Below are positions 62,350 through 64,000 of a stretch of DNA of 64,000 nt, piece by piece (position 1 is the stretch's first letter; each line of letters begins with the position of its first letter). The position numbers and the translations under genes were made by a program. Under the pieces are notes generated by a model. The model was not told where the DNA came from and made no database searches. It saw only the letters and a list, made by a program, of their open reading frames with translations. This DNA is from Octopus sinensis. Taxonomy: Eukaryota. The stretch is taken from NCBI RefSeq assembly GCF_006345805.1, contig NC_043002.1, forward strand, positions 4,092,001-4,156,000. Reading direction: 5' to 3'.

Positions 62350-63530
62350 GAAAAACCAACAGTCACTATAAATAATAGAACCTTGACAGATGTGGTGTCT
62401 GATTAACGGATAAGGGTTGAAGCATCGTGTCTTTCCCCTTAGCCACACTCCAATGACAGGTATCAAAAAATAATTTTTCCATTCCCGGAAATTTTCACTG
62501 TGGTTGATGCGGAAGTGGGTATAGATGAGATTTCCAAGAGAGTTATATGCAACCCAAGAATCGCTATATACTACGGACCCTTGGCGTATATATCGGGTAA
62601 TTAAGGGGATCAGTGTGGCGGCATCTCGCCTTTCCTCTTCACCACTCAGATGAAAGAGGTATGAAAACTTTTTTTTTGCCTACTCGCTCTATCCCAGTTT
62701 TTGTGAGTCTTCCACGATTGTATTTTCTTCCTACAATAACTGTTTCATCAATCCCTACTTCAACTCCTGGTCCACCAATTAAGGTCCTGGTAATTTTCAA
62801 CCCAATGCTGACAAACCTCGGAGCAGAAGGATCGCCAATCAATTGAGGTTGGATACAAAATGTTTAAATTTTCCATGACTAATGCATGCGACCAACAGTC
62901 TGTAAGGAAGTAGTTTACAAATAACAGGACTTTACAGGAAGGGATTCGCCGATTTACTAATGACATTGAAGCATTAGATTTCTTTCGAAAACATGTCATT
63001 CCCAGCACAGTTGACTGCCCTAGATGCACTCCACGAAAATACAAGCATCTTCCGATGTGGAAGGACTGTTCGCCGTCGAAGGCAAAGGCCAACGCAATGT
63101 GGATATTCTATATCCCTATACAACACTTTTTTGGAAGGAATTTTCGACCCAATGAAGGTAAACTTCACAACAGAAAGATCACCAATCAACAGACATGGCA
63201 AGCGTTATGTCTAAATTTCCCATAACAGATTTATGTGACCAACCTTGTGTTAGGAAATGATTGATAAATAAAGGAACTCTCCACGGAGGTAGACGGCTTC
63301 ACTCCAAAAAGTGTTCTTGAAGATAGACACAGACACTGAAAACCCGCATTTTGTTTTCCTTTGTTTCCAACAACGAACCATCTTCCTACATCGAAACATA
63401 TTAGTCCCATTTCGAGTAACACAAGGGGAATTACATGTTGGCGGAAAAATTGTAATGCCAAGTCATCTTTAAATCGAAATCTATAAGCCCCATCATACAA
63501 ACTTAAATCACAGGCAGTGCAAGATACCAT
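62350..63530 (-). pseudogene. Scrambled Merlin transposase fragments (at least three paralogs; one segment inverted)
   Basis: IDWRSFCSEVC, IGGPGVEVGIDET..RKYNRGR, RRDAATLIPLI..GSVVYSDSWVAY..NHSENF; paralogs HDASTLI..GSIIYSDCW and FFRQHVIP..VDW*SFCCEV; plus-strand FFRKHVIP..CPRC..TFLEG at 62950-63138. Confidence 0.9.
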
Positions 63531-63879
63531 CCTGATTTAGTGCTAGCTAAAAGGAATTGGTGCTAATTAAAGTGCTCGTGTCAATGATCAGATCAAATAA
63601 TATTACCATTCAGAAAAGGTCTTGCTTCATTGGTCAGCTGAAGTACCAGAGGTGATACAAAACTAATAACTTTTGAAAATATTTTCGTACCAATCGTATA
63701 CGATTTCTGTTTCACTCCTGTGACCAGGTGTTGGGGTTTACTGCTCGGATTCTGTACGGTTGATCGTGGGAATTTTCTGAAACCCCGCCAGTGCGCATTT
63801 TTTCATCATATTCCTTTAATATACGATGCATTACAACTGTTACACATTTTCGTTTCCACTTTTTGCTGCCGGGTGCGGA

Positions 63880-64000
63880 TCTAGATAATAACCGTCGTCT
63901 GTGGATGTTAAGTTTCTTCGGCAACAAGGAGCTCCCAGATCGGCTGCCGTTCCTTGATGTAAACCCTCTCTTTCAGGTATCCCCACAAGAAAATATCTGA
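63880..64000 (-). pseudogene. Tc1/mariner transposase C-terminal remnant, runs off window end
   Basis: SDIFLWGYLKERVY matches the (P)DFFLWGYLK..VY motif. Confidence 0.7.

Overview
AT-rich, microsatellite-dense eukaryotic DNA made almost entirely of repeats. The three abundant SINE families and the simple-repeat spectrum suggest an octopus/coleoid cephalopod genome (inference). I find no intact protein-coding gene, rRNA, tRNA or CRISPR array; nearly all ORF-track entries are microsatellite or repeat read-through. Recognisable by translation or termini: fossil hAT, mariner/Tc1, piggyBac, Merlin and Helitron DNA elements; R4/Dong-like, CR1, RTE, RNase H-bearing I-group and Penelope-like retroelements; a probable solo LTR; a 21-bp minisatellite; and a 2-kb 29-bp satellite. 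Most notable: (i) a 10-kb array (48.3-58.4 kb) of a near-identical ~0.9-1.0-kb unit interrupted by five elements, including two strongly diverged piggyBac-like elements joined at the same nucleotide of the unit; (ii) a minimal type-I hammerhead ribozyme core at 32401-32435 (-); (iii) a structured GC-rich 346-bp insert with a 20-bp target duplication; (iv) three elements stacked in one (TAA)n tract; (v) a scrambled cluster of Merlin paralogs. Family names come from manual motif recognition, not database searches. Coordinates of decayed elements are approximate.
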